Source: a virus | Taxonomy: Duplodnaviria; Caudoviricetes | IMG/VR virus record: IMGVR_UViG_3300017766_002123 | Coordinates: 1 to 41,510 of that record | Reading direction: 5' to 3' (one strand) | DNA length: 41,510 nucleotides | Shown here: positions 1 to 8,964 of the stretch, in pieces | Numbering within the stretch: the stretch's first letter is position 1 | Layout of the letters: every line of letters begins with the position of its first letter | Notes under the pieces: model-generated | What the model saw: only the letters and a program-made list of their open reading frames with translations | What the model was told of the DNA's origin: nothing | The model's database searches: none | Program-made: the position numbers and the translations under genes

Positions 1-123
1 CAGATGGTTCGTTTTACGATACTAAATTGAGTGATGAAATGAATTTAGATTTTTTGACAGAGTTCTTATGTGGTGGTGCAGGTTTTATTTTGATTGATGC
101 TACTTGTGGTCAGGTGTGTTTGA
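1..123. repeat. Terminal direct repeat, copy 1 (probably circular-assembly overlap)
   Basis: Identical to 41388-41510. An ORF reads continuously across the junction. Confidence 0.95.
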
Positions 124-154
124 ATAAGTCTGCAATTGTAAAAATTATTAAATT

Positions 155-364
155 ATGAAAATGCTTAAAGTAATAGCAGGGATATTGTTAATGCCGATAT
201 TCCTTGCTTTGTTTGTTTGGGATAGGATTGTTACTATTCCTTTGGTTTGGATTCCTACTTCTTCTTTGATGGATTGGTTTAGGGATAATCAGAAGATGAC
301 TAATAGTGTTATCAGAGGTGGTATAGTTGGATTAATAGTTATTTTGTTATGGTTCATATTTTAA
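155..364 (+). CDS. Small membrane protein with two hydrophobic segments
   Basis: Hydrophobic N- and C-terminal segments; ATGA overlap with the junction-spanning ORF. Confidence 0.7.
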   Translation: MKMLKVIAGILLMPIFLALFVWDRIVTIPLVWIPTSSLMDWFRDNQKMTNSVIRGGIVGLIVILLWFIF

Positions 365-483
365 AGTACGGAAAAGCGGAATTAAGGTATTTACGTAGAA
401 AGTTTCGTGAGAACCATAGAGCAATTAATAATCGTAGAGCCTATATTAGGAATTTGTATAACGAGTTAAACGATATGAACTAA
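349..483 (+). CDS. Small basic hypothetical protein (44 aa, MVHILKYGKAELRYLRRKF...), not in ORF track
   Basis: Open frame filling the 364-483 gap; TAATG coupling to the next gene. Confidence 0.55.
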   Translation: MVHILKYGKAELRYLRRKFRENHRAINNRRAYIRNLYNELNDMN

Positions 484-968
484 TGGCGGATAGAAGACAT
501 CATGCAGTTGCTAATGATTGGGCGACTAAGTTTTACTTGACTAATGCTACTGGACATAAGTACCAATCAAGAAGATGTGTTTACTTGGCTATTGAAATGA
601 TGTTTCAGGCATTAGAGAATGAGGAGTTACCTTACTTTGAGTTTAAGGGTAAACCTGAGTTTTGGTTAGAATTTAAGAAGTATTGGGAAGATGCTCGTGC
701 TTATATGATAAGTACAGAGAAATCATCAGGATTAAGTGCAGGTATTAACGATAAACACCCTAATACTAACAAGATTCAGGCTAACAGCAGGATTATTAAG
801 GATTTTTGGGATATTACACCAAGAATTGCTGAATCAGGTAAGTTAAATCGTAATAAAAAGGCAAAAGAGTTAAGAGAAAAAGAAAAACTAAAAAAGAAGT
901 ATGCAGATGTATTAAGACATAAAAATGATATTGATTTGTCTGATAAAGGTGCAGGATTTCTTGGTTAA
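483..968 (+). CDS. Hypothetical protein
   Basis: 161-aa ORF in operon context. Confidence 0.75.
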   Translation: MADRRHHAVANDWATKFYLTNATGHKYQSRRCVYLAIEMMFQALENEELPYFEFKGKPEFWLEFKKYWEDARAYMISTEKSSGLSAGINDKHPNTNKIQANSRIIKDFWDITPRIAESGKLNRNKKAKELREKEKLKKKYADVLRHKNDIDLSDKGAGFLG

Positions 969-978
969 AATTAAAAGT

Positions 979-1272
979 ATGAAAAAAGAAGTGTTAAAAT
1001 GGGCGGACGACAAGGGTCTGTTGAAAGAAGAAAACAAGTTTGTACAGTTAGCGAAACTTTTAGAGGAATCAGGAGAGTTAGCAAAAGCAATTATCAAAGA
1101 CGACAGAGTAGAGCAGATTGATGCTATTGGAGATTGTGTGATAGTTTTAACGATACTTGCTAAGCAATTGGACTTAGATATTGATTGGTGTACAGAAAAA
1201 GCGTTTAGCGTTATTAAACATAGAACTGGAGAACTAAGAAATGGATCATTTATAAAATCAGAGGACTTATGA
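979..1272 (+). CDS. MazG-like NTP pyrophosphohydrolase
   Basis: Motifs W..DKGL, QLAKLLEESGELAKAI, DAIGD and IKHRTG. Start moved to ATG 979. Confidence 0.85.
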   Translation: MKKEVLKWADDKGLLKEENKFVQLAKLLEESGELAKAIIKDDRVEQIDAIGDCVIVLTILAKQLDLDIDWCTEKAFSVIKHRTGELRNGSFIKSEDL

Positions 1273-1763
1273 GAAGATTAAAAAGAGGAGATGTAGTTGA
1301 GTTTATACAAAATTACAAAGATGTAGTTAAAAAAGGGGAAACTCATTTAGTTGACAAGGCTATGTACGTTGATGGTGTGTTACAATGTGTTTATATCAAA
1401 GGAGAAACTAACTATATCTATTTTGATGGTGGAGACTTTGAATGGTTTTGTAAACCATACGAAAATAAAAATGTAGAATGCAAAGTGGTGTATGAATATC
1501 TTAATGCTAAAAAACAAATGGAAAAAGAAATAAAAGAATACGATTATATAAACCCTAATCACTACAAACAAGGAGATAAAGAGGTTATAGAAATGATGGT
1601 AGATATTTGGGGTGCTGAAGATGTTGCGAAATATTGCTCAATGAATGCGTTTAAATACAGAATGCGTATGGGTTTTAAGCCTAATCAACCAGTAGAACAA
1701 GAGTTAAAGAAAGCTACGTGGTACGAAGACAAAGCAAAAGAGTTAAGAAATGAGCAAAAATAG
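1269..1763 (+). CDS. DUF3310-family protein (C-terminal domain)
   Basis: INPNHYKQGDKEVIE...NAFKYRMR.G.K...ELKKA.WY pattern. Confidence 0.8.
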   Translation: MRRLKRGDVVEFIQNYKDVVKKGETHLVDKAMYVDGVLQCVYIKGETNYIYFDGGDFEWFCKPYENKNVECKVVYEYLNAKKQMEKEIKEYDYINPNHYKQGDKEVIEMMVDIWGAEDVAKYCSMNAFKYRMRMGFKPNQPVEQELKKATWYEDKAKELRNEQK

Positions 1764-1953
1764 ACGAGAAAAGCGAAAATTGGCAAGATTATCAAAGAAT
1801 CCTAACTATATTAAGCCTTACAACTATAAAGTAAGGCAACATAATGGAAAAATAAGAGAATTTAAGTTAAAAGACAGAAAAATTGAACTTGGATTAACTT
1901 TAGGAATAATTATAACAACTTTAGTATGGATTTCGATGATTTACACGAAATAG
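1750..1953 (+). CDS. Small basic protein with C-terminal TM helix
   Basis: K/R-rich N-terminus, hydrophobic C-terminus. Confidence 0.6.
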   Translation: MSKNRREKRKLARLSKNPNYIKPYNYKVRQHNGKIREFKLKDRKIELGLTLGIIITTLVWISMIYTK

Positions 1954-2180
1954 ACGACTTGGACTTATCAGGAGGGGATTTTAACCTCTCCTTGTCGTTT
2001 GAAGAAGAAAATAAGGCTATAAACTCACAATTTGTAGTGATTTGTGAAAATGATGAGCAAGATGATTACATAAGACAAGTATTTAACTTAGGTGTTAGAA
2101 CAAAATCAGGCAGAGGAAAGTACGAAACTAATGTAATTGATGCTGATAAACTGATAAAAATGCTGAAAAATGAAAGATAG
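1926..2180 (+). CDS. Hypothetical acidic protein
   Basis: ORF overlapping its neighbours in the operon. Confidence 0.65.
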   Translation: MDFDDLHEIDDLDLSGGDFNLSLSFEEENKAINSQFVVICENDEQDDYIRQVFNLGVRTKSGRGKYETNVIDADKLIKMLKNER

Positions 2181-2766
2181 ACGAGTAAAAAGAGGTAAAT
2201 ATGTAAAAAGTGGAACAGTACCACCATTAGAGCCTTTATCTGAAGAAGCACAACAACTATTAATTTCTGATAACGAAAAAAAGAGATTGAGAAAGGAACA
2301 GAGGGAAGAAATGGAAATCTTAGACACCGAAGAAGTAAAACCGCAAGAAATCAAGAAAAAAGTAGGCTCGATTAAAGGTAAAAAGAATAGAAGCACAGTA
2401 GTTAGAGAAATATTAGACACTACTACTTATGGTAGAAATCCTTTAACTGGTACTGATGATCTTATTTCACAAGAATATAGAATTACACTTGCAGTATTGT
2501 CCAAGGCACTAAAAGGAGATGTAAATGCCTATAAAGCACTAATGGATAACGCATACAAACCTCATACACAAGAAGTTGACACTAAAATACAAACTATTGA
2601 TTTAAGTCAATTTAGTTTTGATGAATTAAGAGGTTTCTTAAAAGACCAAGATGATTATTTACCACCAAACTTATTAACAGATGGAATTGGAACAAATGAA
2701 CAGCCTACCTATCCAAGTGAGACAAGCACTGGAACTTCAAGTGAGGGCGACATTAGCGAGAGATGA
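2170..2766 (+). CDS. Terminase small subunit (putative)
   Basis: Directly upstream of terL; GSIKGKKNRSTVVRE and KALKGDVNAYKALMD pattern typical of TerS-like proteins. Confidence 0.7.
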   Translation: MKDRRVKRGKYVKSGTVPPLEPLSEEAQQLLISDNEKKRLRKEQREEMEILDTEEVKPQEIKKKVGSIKGKKNRSTVVREILDTTTYGRNPLTGTDDLISQEYRITLAVLSKALKGDVNAYKALMDNAYKPHTQEVDTKIQTIDLSQFSFDELRGFLKDQDDYLPPNLLTDGIGTNEQPTYPSETSTGTSSEGDISER

Positions 2767-4066
2767 TTTTTGGGAGTTTTGTAAAATGTATGATAAGGAT
2801 TTCTTTATAAAAAGACCTTTTCTACAGAAGATTGCTAAAGCCTTTATGTTAGTTGAACGTGGAGAAATTAAATCATTATCGGTATCATTACCACCAAGGG
2901 GTGGAAAATCATACATTACCTCACTATTTTGTGCTTGGGCATTAGGTAGAAATCCTACCGAATCAGTAATGCGTAATACTTGTACTGCTACACTATTCCA
3001 AAAGTTTTCTTATGATGTTAGACAGATAGTAAAATCAGAAAAGTTTGCTATGGTATTTCCCGATGTAGAACTTTCTTCTGATAAAGCCAATCTACAAGGT
3101 TGGAATACCAATAAATCAAGACAGGTAGGTTACTTTGGAGCAGGTGTAGGTGGTACTATTATTGGTTTTGGTGCTACTATGTTGGCTATTACCGATGACT
3201 TGTATCGTGGTATTGAAGATGCACTATCTGATGTAACTAACGACAGAATCCTACAATGGAAAGAAGGTACTCACGATTCACGACTTGAACGTAACTGTAA
3301 AAAGATTGATATAGGTACAAGATGGTCAACAAACGATGTTATAGGCAAGAATGTAACGAATAATGAGTATGACTTGTCAATTATTGTTCCTGCATTAGAC
3401 GAATATGAAAAAAGTTTCTGTGAAGATGTAATGAGTACAGAACAATACTATGCTATACGTAAAAGAATCAATCCTGAAATATGGTCTGCTGAATATATGC
3501 AAGAACCAGTCGATTTAAAGGGTAGATTATTCTCTAACTTACGATTCATAGACAAAAGTGATTTCGATGCAATTAAACACAAGGCAAGTGGTTCTGTGGC
3601 TTATATTGATGTATCAGATGCAGGTAGCGACTTTACAGCAATGGCTGTTGCAACAATTATTGACAAAGTGGTTTATATTTCTGATTACGTATTCAACAAA
3701 GGTAACACCGATGTAACTATTCCAATATGTGCTGAAAGAATAAACCGACTAAACGTAGTGTATTGTAGAGTAGAATCCAACTCAATGGGTGCTGTATTCG
3801 GTAGATTACTCCAAACTAAAGCAAGAAGATGTAAAATACTAAAAGTACATAACACTCAAAATAAGATTACCAGGATCATTATGCAATCATCTACAATTAT
3901 CAACTCATTTGTCTTTGTAAAGCACGATACTAACGAATACCATCAGTTTATGAGTAACCTATTAAGTTTCTCTAAAGAAGGTAAAAACCGCAATGATGAT
4001 TCGCCCGATTGTCTTGCAGGTTTATCAATGTTTTTGAAATCTTTATTCAAAAAGTTGGAATTGTAA
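2681..4066 (+). CDS. terL: Terminase large subunit
   Basis: Walker A SLPPRGGKS, Walker B AITDD, GTRW motif, nuclease YIDVS...DFTA, C-terminal NDDSPD. Confidence 0.95.
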   Translation: MELEQMNSLPIQVRQALELQVRATLARDDFWEFCKMYDKDFFIKRPFLQKIAKAFMLVERGEIKSLSVSLPPRGGKSYITSLFCAWALGRNPTESVMRNTCTATLFQKFSYDVRQIVKSEKFAMVFPDVELSSDKANLQGWNTNKSRQVGYFGAGVGGTIIGFGATMLAITDDLYRGIEDALSDVTNDRILQWKEGTHDSRLERNCKKIDIGTRWSTNDVIGKNVTNNEYDLSIIVPALDEYEKSFCEDVMSTEQYYAIRKRINPEIWSAEYMQEPVDLKGRLFSNLRFIDKSDFDAIKHKASGSVAYIDVSDAGSDFTAMAVATIIDKVVYISDYVFNKGNTDVTIPICAERINRLNVVYCRVESNSMGAVFGRLLQTKARRCKILKVHNTQNKITRIIMQSSTIINSFVFVKHDTNEYHQFMSNLLSFSKEGKNRNDDSPDCLAGLSMFLKSLFKKLEL

Positions 4067-4084
4067 AGATTATTACTAATTTTG
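4055..4084 (+). promoter_or_regulatory. Bacteroidota-type primary sigma promoter (TTG-19-TAATTTTG) for the putative sRNA
   Basis: TTG 4055-4057 and TAATTTTG 4077-4084. No ORF lies between it and the downstream terminator. Confidence 0.65.
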
Positions 4085-4087
4085 AAA

Positions 4088-4157
4088 TGTTTTCCAATGG
4101 CTACTGCCTTTAATTGCTTTCTTTAAAATTTCCCCTCTAACAAAGAGGGGTTTTTTT
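4088..4157 (+). ncRNA. Putative trans-acting antisense sRNA targeting AAAGCAAT start-codon motifs
   Basis: Own promoter and terminator. TAATTGCTTTCTTT (4111-4124) is the perfect reverse complement of 32887-32900, and its core ATTGCTTT complements four more start regions. Confidence 0.6.
4132..4157 (+). terminator. Intrinsic terminator, probably bidirectional, between convergent terL/sRNA and portal
   Basis: CCCCTCT-AACAA-AGAGGGG followed by T7. Confidence 0.85.
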
Positions 4158-5388
4158 ATTTATAAACACCCTTTTTCAATCCCAAGAATACTTTCTTCTC
4201 ATCATCAGATAAAGTAATACCTAATTCTTGTTCAATCTTAATTAATGCAGATGCTCTGTAGTCGAATCCCTGAGATTCTTGTAAGTAATCTTTTTGCAGG
4301 ACAGGCAAATGTTCGTAGTCTGCTACTAATCTTAATCCTTCTTTTTCTAATCCTAATTGTTCACTAATGTTGTTATAGATATGCTCTGCTTCAGGAATAA
4401 TAGTAGTAGTATACGCTAATCTTTCCCCATAATTCACGTTAGAATACGTTGAACCGCTTTCATTAGAGAAAATATAGTAGTTAAGACCAAAAGCATCTAT
4501 AATCGCAAGTTTGTCTGCTTTAAGTTCGTCAAACAACATCAAGTCTTTTGTAGGGAATGACATTGGTGTCCATTTAACATCAGATTCAGAGATTATCAAC
4601 TCATCTTTACTTCTATTGTACCAATCTCTTTGTATTTGTTCACGTTCTTCAGGAGACATAGGTAAAGCACCACCTAAATCAGAGTTTACTGCTGATAAGA
4701 TACCAATAGCACCAATATTTTCTAAAAGCACGTTACGTTTGTTGTATTGAGCCTTAATATTAGATAATGGGTATTTTAAACTTTCTATTTTAGATACTGA
4801 ATTTAAGATATTAACACCATCAGTTGTTTGAATGATAATAACTTCATCATTTGTTAATAACTCTTTGTTGTCTTCATTAAAATTATATACATAATCCTTG
4901 ATTAATCCACCTTTTTCCATCTGTTTCAAGGAACGACCTGATGTATTAATCTGTACCTTGTGAGTAGCAAGTGGAACAAACAAATTAACTATTCCAAAAC
5001 TTCTTTTTGGTGCGTAACACAATGCTGTAGAGTATAAACTATCATTAACTGATATTGAGTAGATTACATCTTGCCAAGATTGCATAGGATTAGGGTTTTT
5101 AATTAAATCAAGTACCCAATGTGATTCTACTTCTGATCCATCAGATTCTTTTACAAGTCTTGGCTTACCATTTGCTAACATTTGAGCCTTTTTATCTACA
5201 ACTGTTCGTAATTCAGGTATTTCGATATATGCTTTGAATGGTTTTGAAGTGTCCATCCATATAGCAGTTTTCTTACCATAGAAGTCGTGTTGATAAGCAC
5301 GAGTGGTATCAAATAGGTCGGAAATATTCCTAATAGGCTTTTTTATTTCAGTTCCAAAGAAAGCATTCCAAAAAGAAAGTGTACTCAT
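4156..5388 (-). CDS. Portal protein (HK97-like), inverted orientation
   Basis: L...IKNPNPMQSW, SKIESL, KW.PMSF...DLML, AFGL...STYSN portal motifs. Start taken at ATG 5388. Confidence 0.9.
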   Translation of the reverse strand: MSTLSFWNAFFGTEIKKPIRNISDLFDTTRAYQHDFYGKKTAIWMDTSKPFKAYIEIPELRTVVDKKAQMLANGKPRLVKESDGSEVESHWVLDLIKNPNPMQSWQDVIYSISVNDSLYSTALCYAPKRSFGIVNLFVPLATHKVQINTSGRSLKQMEKGGLIKDYVYNFNEDNKELLTNDEVIIIQTTDGVNILNSVSKIESLKYPLSNIKAQYNKRNVLLENIGAIGILSAVNSDLGGALPMSPEEREQIQRDWYNRSKDELIISESDVKWTPMSFPTKDLMLFDELKADKLAIIDAFGLNYYIFSNESGSTYSNVNYGERLAYTTTIIPEAEHIYNNISEQLGLEKEGLRLVADYEHLPVLQKDYLQESQGFDYRASALIKIEQELGITLSDDEKKVFLGLKKGVYK

Positions 5389-5401
5389 AATAAATTTTTT
5401 A

Positions 5402-5430
5402 TATTTTTGCAATATTAAAGAACAAATTTA
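5402..5430. promoter_or_regulatory. Crossed divergent promoter pair for prohead protease (+) and portal (-)
   Basis: TATTTTTG 5402-5409 on +; TAAATTTG 5430-5423 on -. Confidence 0.6.
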
Positions 5431-5436
5431 ATAAAT

Positions 5437-6198
5437 ATGAATAACAAAGTAAATTCGGCTTACAAAATAAAATCTCATTCGTTACAAGTTAAAGATGTAG
5501 ATGCTTCTTCTCGTAAGGTTGCGATGTATCTTGCTCACTTCAATAACATAGATTCAGACAATGATATGATTGTTAAAGGTGCGTTTGCAAAGTCTTTACA
5601 AGAAAGAGGTGTAGATTCAAATTCTAACAGAAAAATTGCATTTTTAAGACATCACGACTGGAAGTGGCAAATTGGAAAGTTTATCGAATTAAAAGAAGAT
5701 GAAAACGGTCTTTATGCTGTTGGAGAGTTGGGAACTTCTACATTAGGCAATGATGCTTTGTGTGATTACCAAGATGGTATCATTAAAGAGCATTCTATAG
5801 GATTTAGATACATTAAAGATAAATTAAAGTGGATTGATGATGAATCAATGCTAAGCAAAGGGTATTACCAAGTAAACGAGGTTGCACTTTGGGAAGGATC
5901 AGCAGTTACTTTTGGTGCTAATGAAATGACACCAGTATTAGAGGTAGGTAAATCATTAGAAAGTAAAGGAGAGATTATTACTTCTATTACTAACCAAATG
6001 GAAACTATCGTTAAAGCATTAGGTAATGGTAATCGTACAGATGAATCTTTATATTCACTTGAAATGCGACATAAATTCTTATCATCTCAATTAGCAGAGA
6101 TTGCAGGAATGACTGTAGAGCAAACTGATGTAAAACAAAACCTAATAACTGAATTGAAATCCTTTGATTGGAGTACAGTATTTAATAACGTAAAATAA
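5437..6198 (+). CDS. HK97-family prohead protease
   Basis: FNNIDSDND.I.KGAF, H-D..IG, SIGF, LWEGS.VTFGAN motifs. Confidence 0.92.
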   Translation: MNNKVNSAYKIKSHSLQVKDVDASSRKVAMYLAHFNNIDSDNDMIVKGAFAKSLQERGVDSNSNRKIAFLRHHDWKWQIGKFIELKEDENGLYAVGELGTSTLGNDALCDYQDGIIKEHSIGFRYIKDKLKWIDDESMLSKGYYQVNEVALWEGSAVTFGANEMTPVLEVGKSLESKGEIITSITNQMETIVKALGNGNRTDESLYSLEMRHKFLSSQLAEIAGMTVEQTDVKQNLITELKSFDWSTVFNNVK

Positions 6199-6204
6199 AG
6201 AGAT

Positions 6205-6450
6205 ATGGCTAAGAAAAAAATAGAAAAGGTAGTTTTAGACACTAAAGTTGCTAAAGTAGAGTTAGAAGTAAAGAATGAGCCTATTTTAGAGGTTGCTAAA
6301 GAAACTTTCGGATTAGATTTAGAAAAAACATATAGATTCTTATCTAATGGCAAAAGTCCTTACATAAAAGAAGGTCAAGAAGTATATGTAAGTGGAAGTA
6401 TGGCAATTATGTTTATTGAAAGAGGTTATGGCAAAGTTCTTAACGATTAG
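6205..6450 (+). CDS. Small head-module protein
   Basis: 81-aa ORF inside the structural operon. Confidence 0.65.
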   Translation: MAKKKIEKVVLDTKVAKVELEVKNEPILEVAKETFGLDLEKTYRFLSNGKSPYIKEGQEVYVSGSMAIMFIERGYGKVLND

Positions 6451-6931
6451 TGATTTTACAAACAAATTTGAAGTAACGACTGGATTGTATCAAAACGATA
6501 AGATTCAGTCTTACTTGGATAGATACGAAGATGAATACCTTGTTAAGTTATTTGGTGTAGAATTGTATGATTTGTTTATTGCTGATTTAGATGTAAACAA
6601 TGATCCGCAAGATGCTAAATTTATTCAAGTATTTGAACCTTTTAACTATCAGGAAGGATTCAGTCTATTAATTTCTCGTGGAATTAAAGATATGTTATTA
6701 GGATTCTTGTATTTTGAGTATATGAAGGATTTAGTGGTGCAGACTACAAGTGTAGGTGTGGTTAAACCTGAAGAACAAAATTCTAAAGTTGTTTCAGCAC
6801 ATACACCTATTTACCTTAAATACAACGAAAGCATTAAAACTTACAATGCTATACAAGAGTACATTTTATTAAATATGACAACGTACCCTGAATATAGGGG
6901 AAGACAAAAACAATACGCATACTGGCTATGA
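6428..6931 (+). CDS. Putative head-tail adaptor/connector
   Basis: Size and position; start moved to ATG 6428. Function inferred from synteny. Confidence 0.55.
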   Translation: MAKFLTISDFTNKFEVTTGLYQNDKIQSYLDRYEDEYLVKLFGVELYDLFIADLDVNNDPQDAKFIQVFEPFNYQEGFSLLISRGIKDMLLGFLYFEYMKDLVVQTTSVGVVKPEEQNSKVVSAHTPIYLKYNESIKTYNAIQEYILLNMTTYPEYRGRQKQYAYWL

Positions 6932-7605
6932 GAGATATTAGTGTTTTATTTGAAGAATTGGTTTCGCAGATTGATAGTACAATTACCATTAAAAGCAAAG
7001 TTGGTAATGTGTTTAACACTTGTGATACTAAATGGTTAAGAGTAGGTAAAAAAGTTTGGGGATTAACTTCTACAGATGTACTGAAACAAACTACTGTTAA
7101 AACACTAACAAAAGATACTTCATTTGAACTTAATGACAACACAATAGTAAAGGGGATATATATATCATCTCCTTTCGCTATTGTAGGTACAAAGATTGCT
7201 ACTAACAACGAGTTTATTTTAAAGGGTAGAAATCTATTGGATAAGACACCTCTTATTTGGTTGTTAGAATCACACAACGAAAAAGTATATAATACAGAAG
7301 CAAGTTTGGAAAGAGATATAAAAATGAGGATCATCTTTCTTGACGAAACAAATGTAGCACAATACAAGACTACAGACCATAGACTACAAGTAGTAGAGCC
7401 AATGATTGCTTTACAAGAAGAATTTATAAAAGTTCTTAACAAAAAGCCAATTTACAAAACGTTAAAAGATTTCAATAGAAATGTATTTAGTAGATTTGGT
7501 GTCGAATCAGATAAAGGTGTAATACAGAATATCCTTGACGCTGATTTAAGTGGAATAGTAATTGAGTTTACGACTTCCAAGTACAAAGAACCGTGTAAAT
7601 GTTAG
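6928..7605 (+). CDS. Putative neck/tail-completion protein
   Basis: 225 aa in the structural cluster; function inferred. Confidence 0.45.
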   Translation: MRDISVLFEELVSQIDSTITIKSKVGNVFNTCDTKWLRVGKKVWGLTSTDVLKQTTVKTLTKDTSFELNDNTIVKGIYISSPFAIVGTKIATNNEFILKGRNLLDKTPLIWLLESHNEKVYNTEASLERDIKMRIIFLDETNVAQYKTTDHRLQVVEPMIALQEEFIKVLNKKPIYKTLKDFNRNVFSRFGVESDKGVIQNILDADLSGIVIEFTTSKYKEPCKC

Positions 7606-7696
7606 TTCAGTCATAGAGCCGATTTAATAATCACTTAGTAACTAAACCCAACATAGGTCGAAAGATTTATCGTTTAATTATTAAATTTTATTAAAA

Positions 7697-8905
7697 ATGG
7701 AAATGACTCCTGAACAAGTAGTTGAAAAAATCAACTCATTAATCGCTGAAAAAACAGCAAACTCTGTATCTAAAGATGAATTAGATGCATTTAAATCTCA
7801 ACTTTCTACATTAGAAGGAAAATCAGATGTAACTGAAGTAAAATCTGCTATTGCTAAATTAGAAGGAATGGTAGAAGGAATGAAAGAAGCGAAAACAGAA
7901 AAGAAAAATGTTTTCAAGTCAATGGGAGAAGCAATTGCTGATGCTTTTGAAACTTCAATTGAAAAGATCACAGAAGTAAAAGAAAATGGTGGTTTAATTA
8001 ACCTTGATGTGAAAGCAGTAGGTACAATGACTATCACTAACAACTACTCAGGTGGTACAGTTGCATTATCTCAATTAGAAGCAGGTGTTGCTCGTATTGC
8101 TCGTAGAATGCCTTTCTTGCGTCAATTAGTTAACACAGCAGGTACAACTTCAAAGTATATCACTTACTTACAGTCTAACGGACAAGAAGGTGGTGCAGGT
8201 ATGACTGCTGAAGGTGCTGAAAAAACACAAGCAGATTTCAACTTGGTAGAAACTTCTGTAGAGGTTAAGAAAATCACTTCTTGGATTAAAGTATCTAAAG
8301 AAATGATTGCTGACTTACCATTTATGAGAAACGAAATCAACAACGAATTAATGGAATTGGTTGAGTTGAAATTAGATGAGCAAGTATTATCAGGTAATGG
8401 TTCAGGTCAAAACTTGACAGGTATCTTACAAAATGCTGTTGCTTGGTCTGCAGGTGGTTTCGCTTTATCTATCGCATCTCCTAACGAGTACGATGTATTA
8501 AGAGTTGCTATCTCTCAAATTCAAGGTAACTTGTTTAACCCTAACTACATTGTTTTACACCCTGAAGATGTAGCGAAAATGGAATTAAACAAAACTTCTA
8601 CTGGAGAGTACACTTATGCTATGCATTATACTGCTGACGGAGTTGTTAGAGTTAAATCTATTCCTGTTATTGAAAACACAGGTATTACAGCAGGTACTTT
8701 CTTAGTTGGAGATTTCACTAAATCTAACTTACGTATCAGAGAAGATTTGAACATTCAAGTTGGTTATGTGAATGATGACTTTACTAAAAACTTAATGACA
8801 ATCTTGTGTGAAGCAAGAGCGGTTCATTACGTTAAGTCTAACCACTACAATGCATTTGTTAAAGGTACTTTCTCTACTGCTAAAACAGCATTGTTATTAC
8901 CTTAA
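7697..8905 (+). CDS. Major capsid protein (HK97 fold with N-terminal delta domain)
   Basis: Coiled-coil N-terminus; AEGAEK, KKITSWIKVSKEMIAD, LSGNG...LTGI, LVGDF, DDFTKN motifs; strong codon bias. Confidence 0.95.
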   Translation: MEMTPEQVVEKINSLIAEKTANSVSKDELDAFKSQLSTLEGKSDVTEVKSAIAKLEGMVEGMKEAKTEKKNVFKSMGEAIADAFETSIEKITEVKENGGLINLDVKAVGTMTITNNYSGGTVALSQLEAGVARIARRMPFLRQLVNTAGTTSKYITYLQSNGQEGGAGMTAEGAEKTQADFNLVETSVEVKKITSWIKVSKEMIADLPFMRNEINNELMELVELKLDEQVLSGNGSGQNLTGILQNAVAWSAGGFALSIASPNEYDVLRVAISQIQGNLFNPNYIVLHPEDVAKMELNKTSTGEYTYAMHYTADGVVRVKSIPVIENTGITAGTFLVGDFTKSNLRIREDLNIQVGYVNDDFTKNLMTILCEARAVHYVKSNHYNAFVKGTFSTAKTALLLP

Positions 8906-8911
8906 TTAATT

Positions 8912-8942
8912 GAGGGGTAACCAATCCCCTCTTATTTTTTTT
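8912..8942 (+). terminator. Intrinsic terminator after MCP
   Basis: GAGGGG-8nt-CCCCTC followed by a T-rich tract. Confidence 0.8.
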
Positions 8943-8964
8943 ATTCATCAAATACCAATAAATT

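Noticed and set aside
1-123. Biological short terminal repeat
   Set aside because: It falls in the middle of an ORF and is better explained as assembler overlap.
4156-5412. Portal as a recombinase-driven invertible segment
   Set aside because: No flanking inverted repeats or invertase found; the promoters and terminator fit a fixed inverted orientation.
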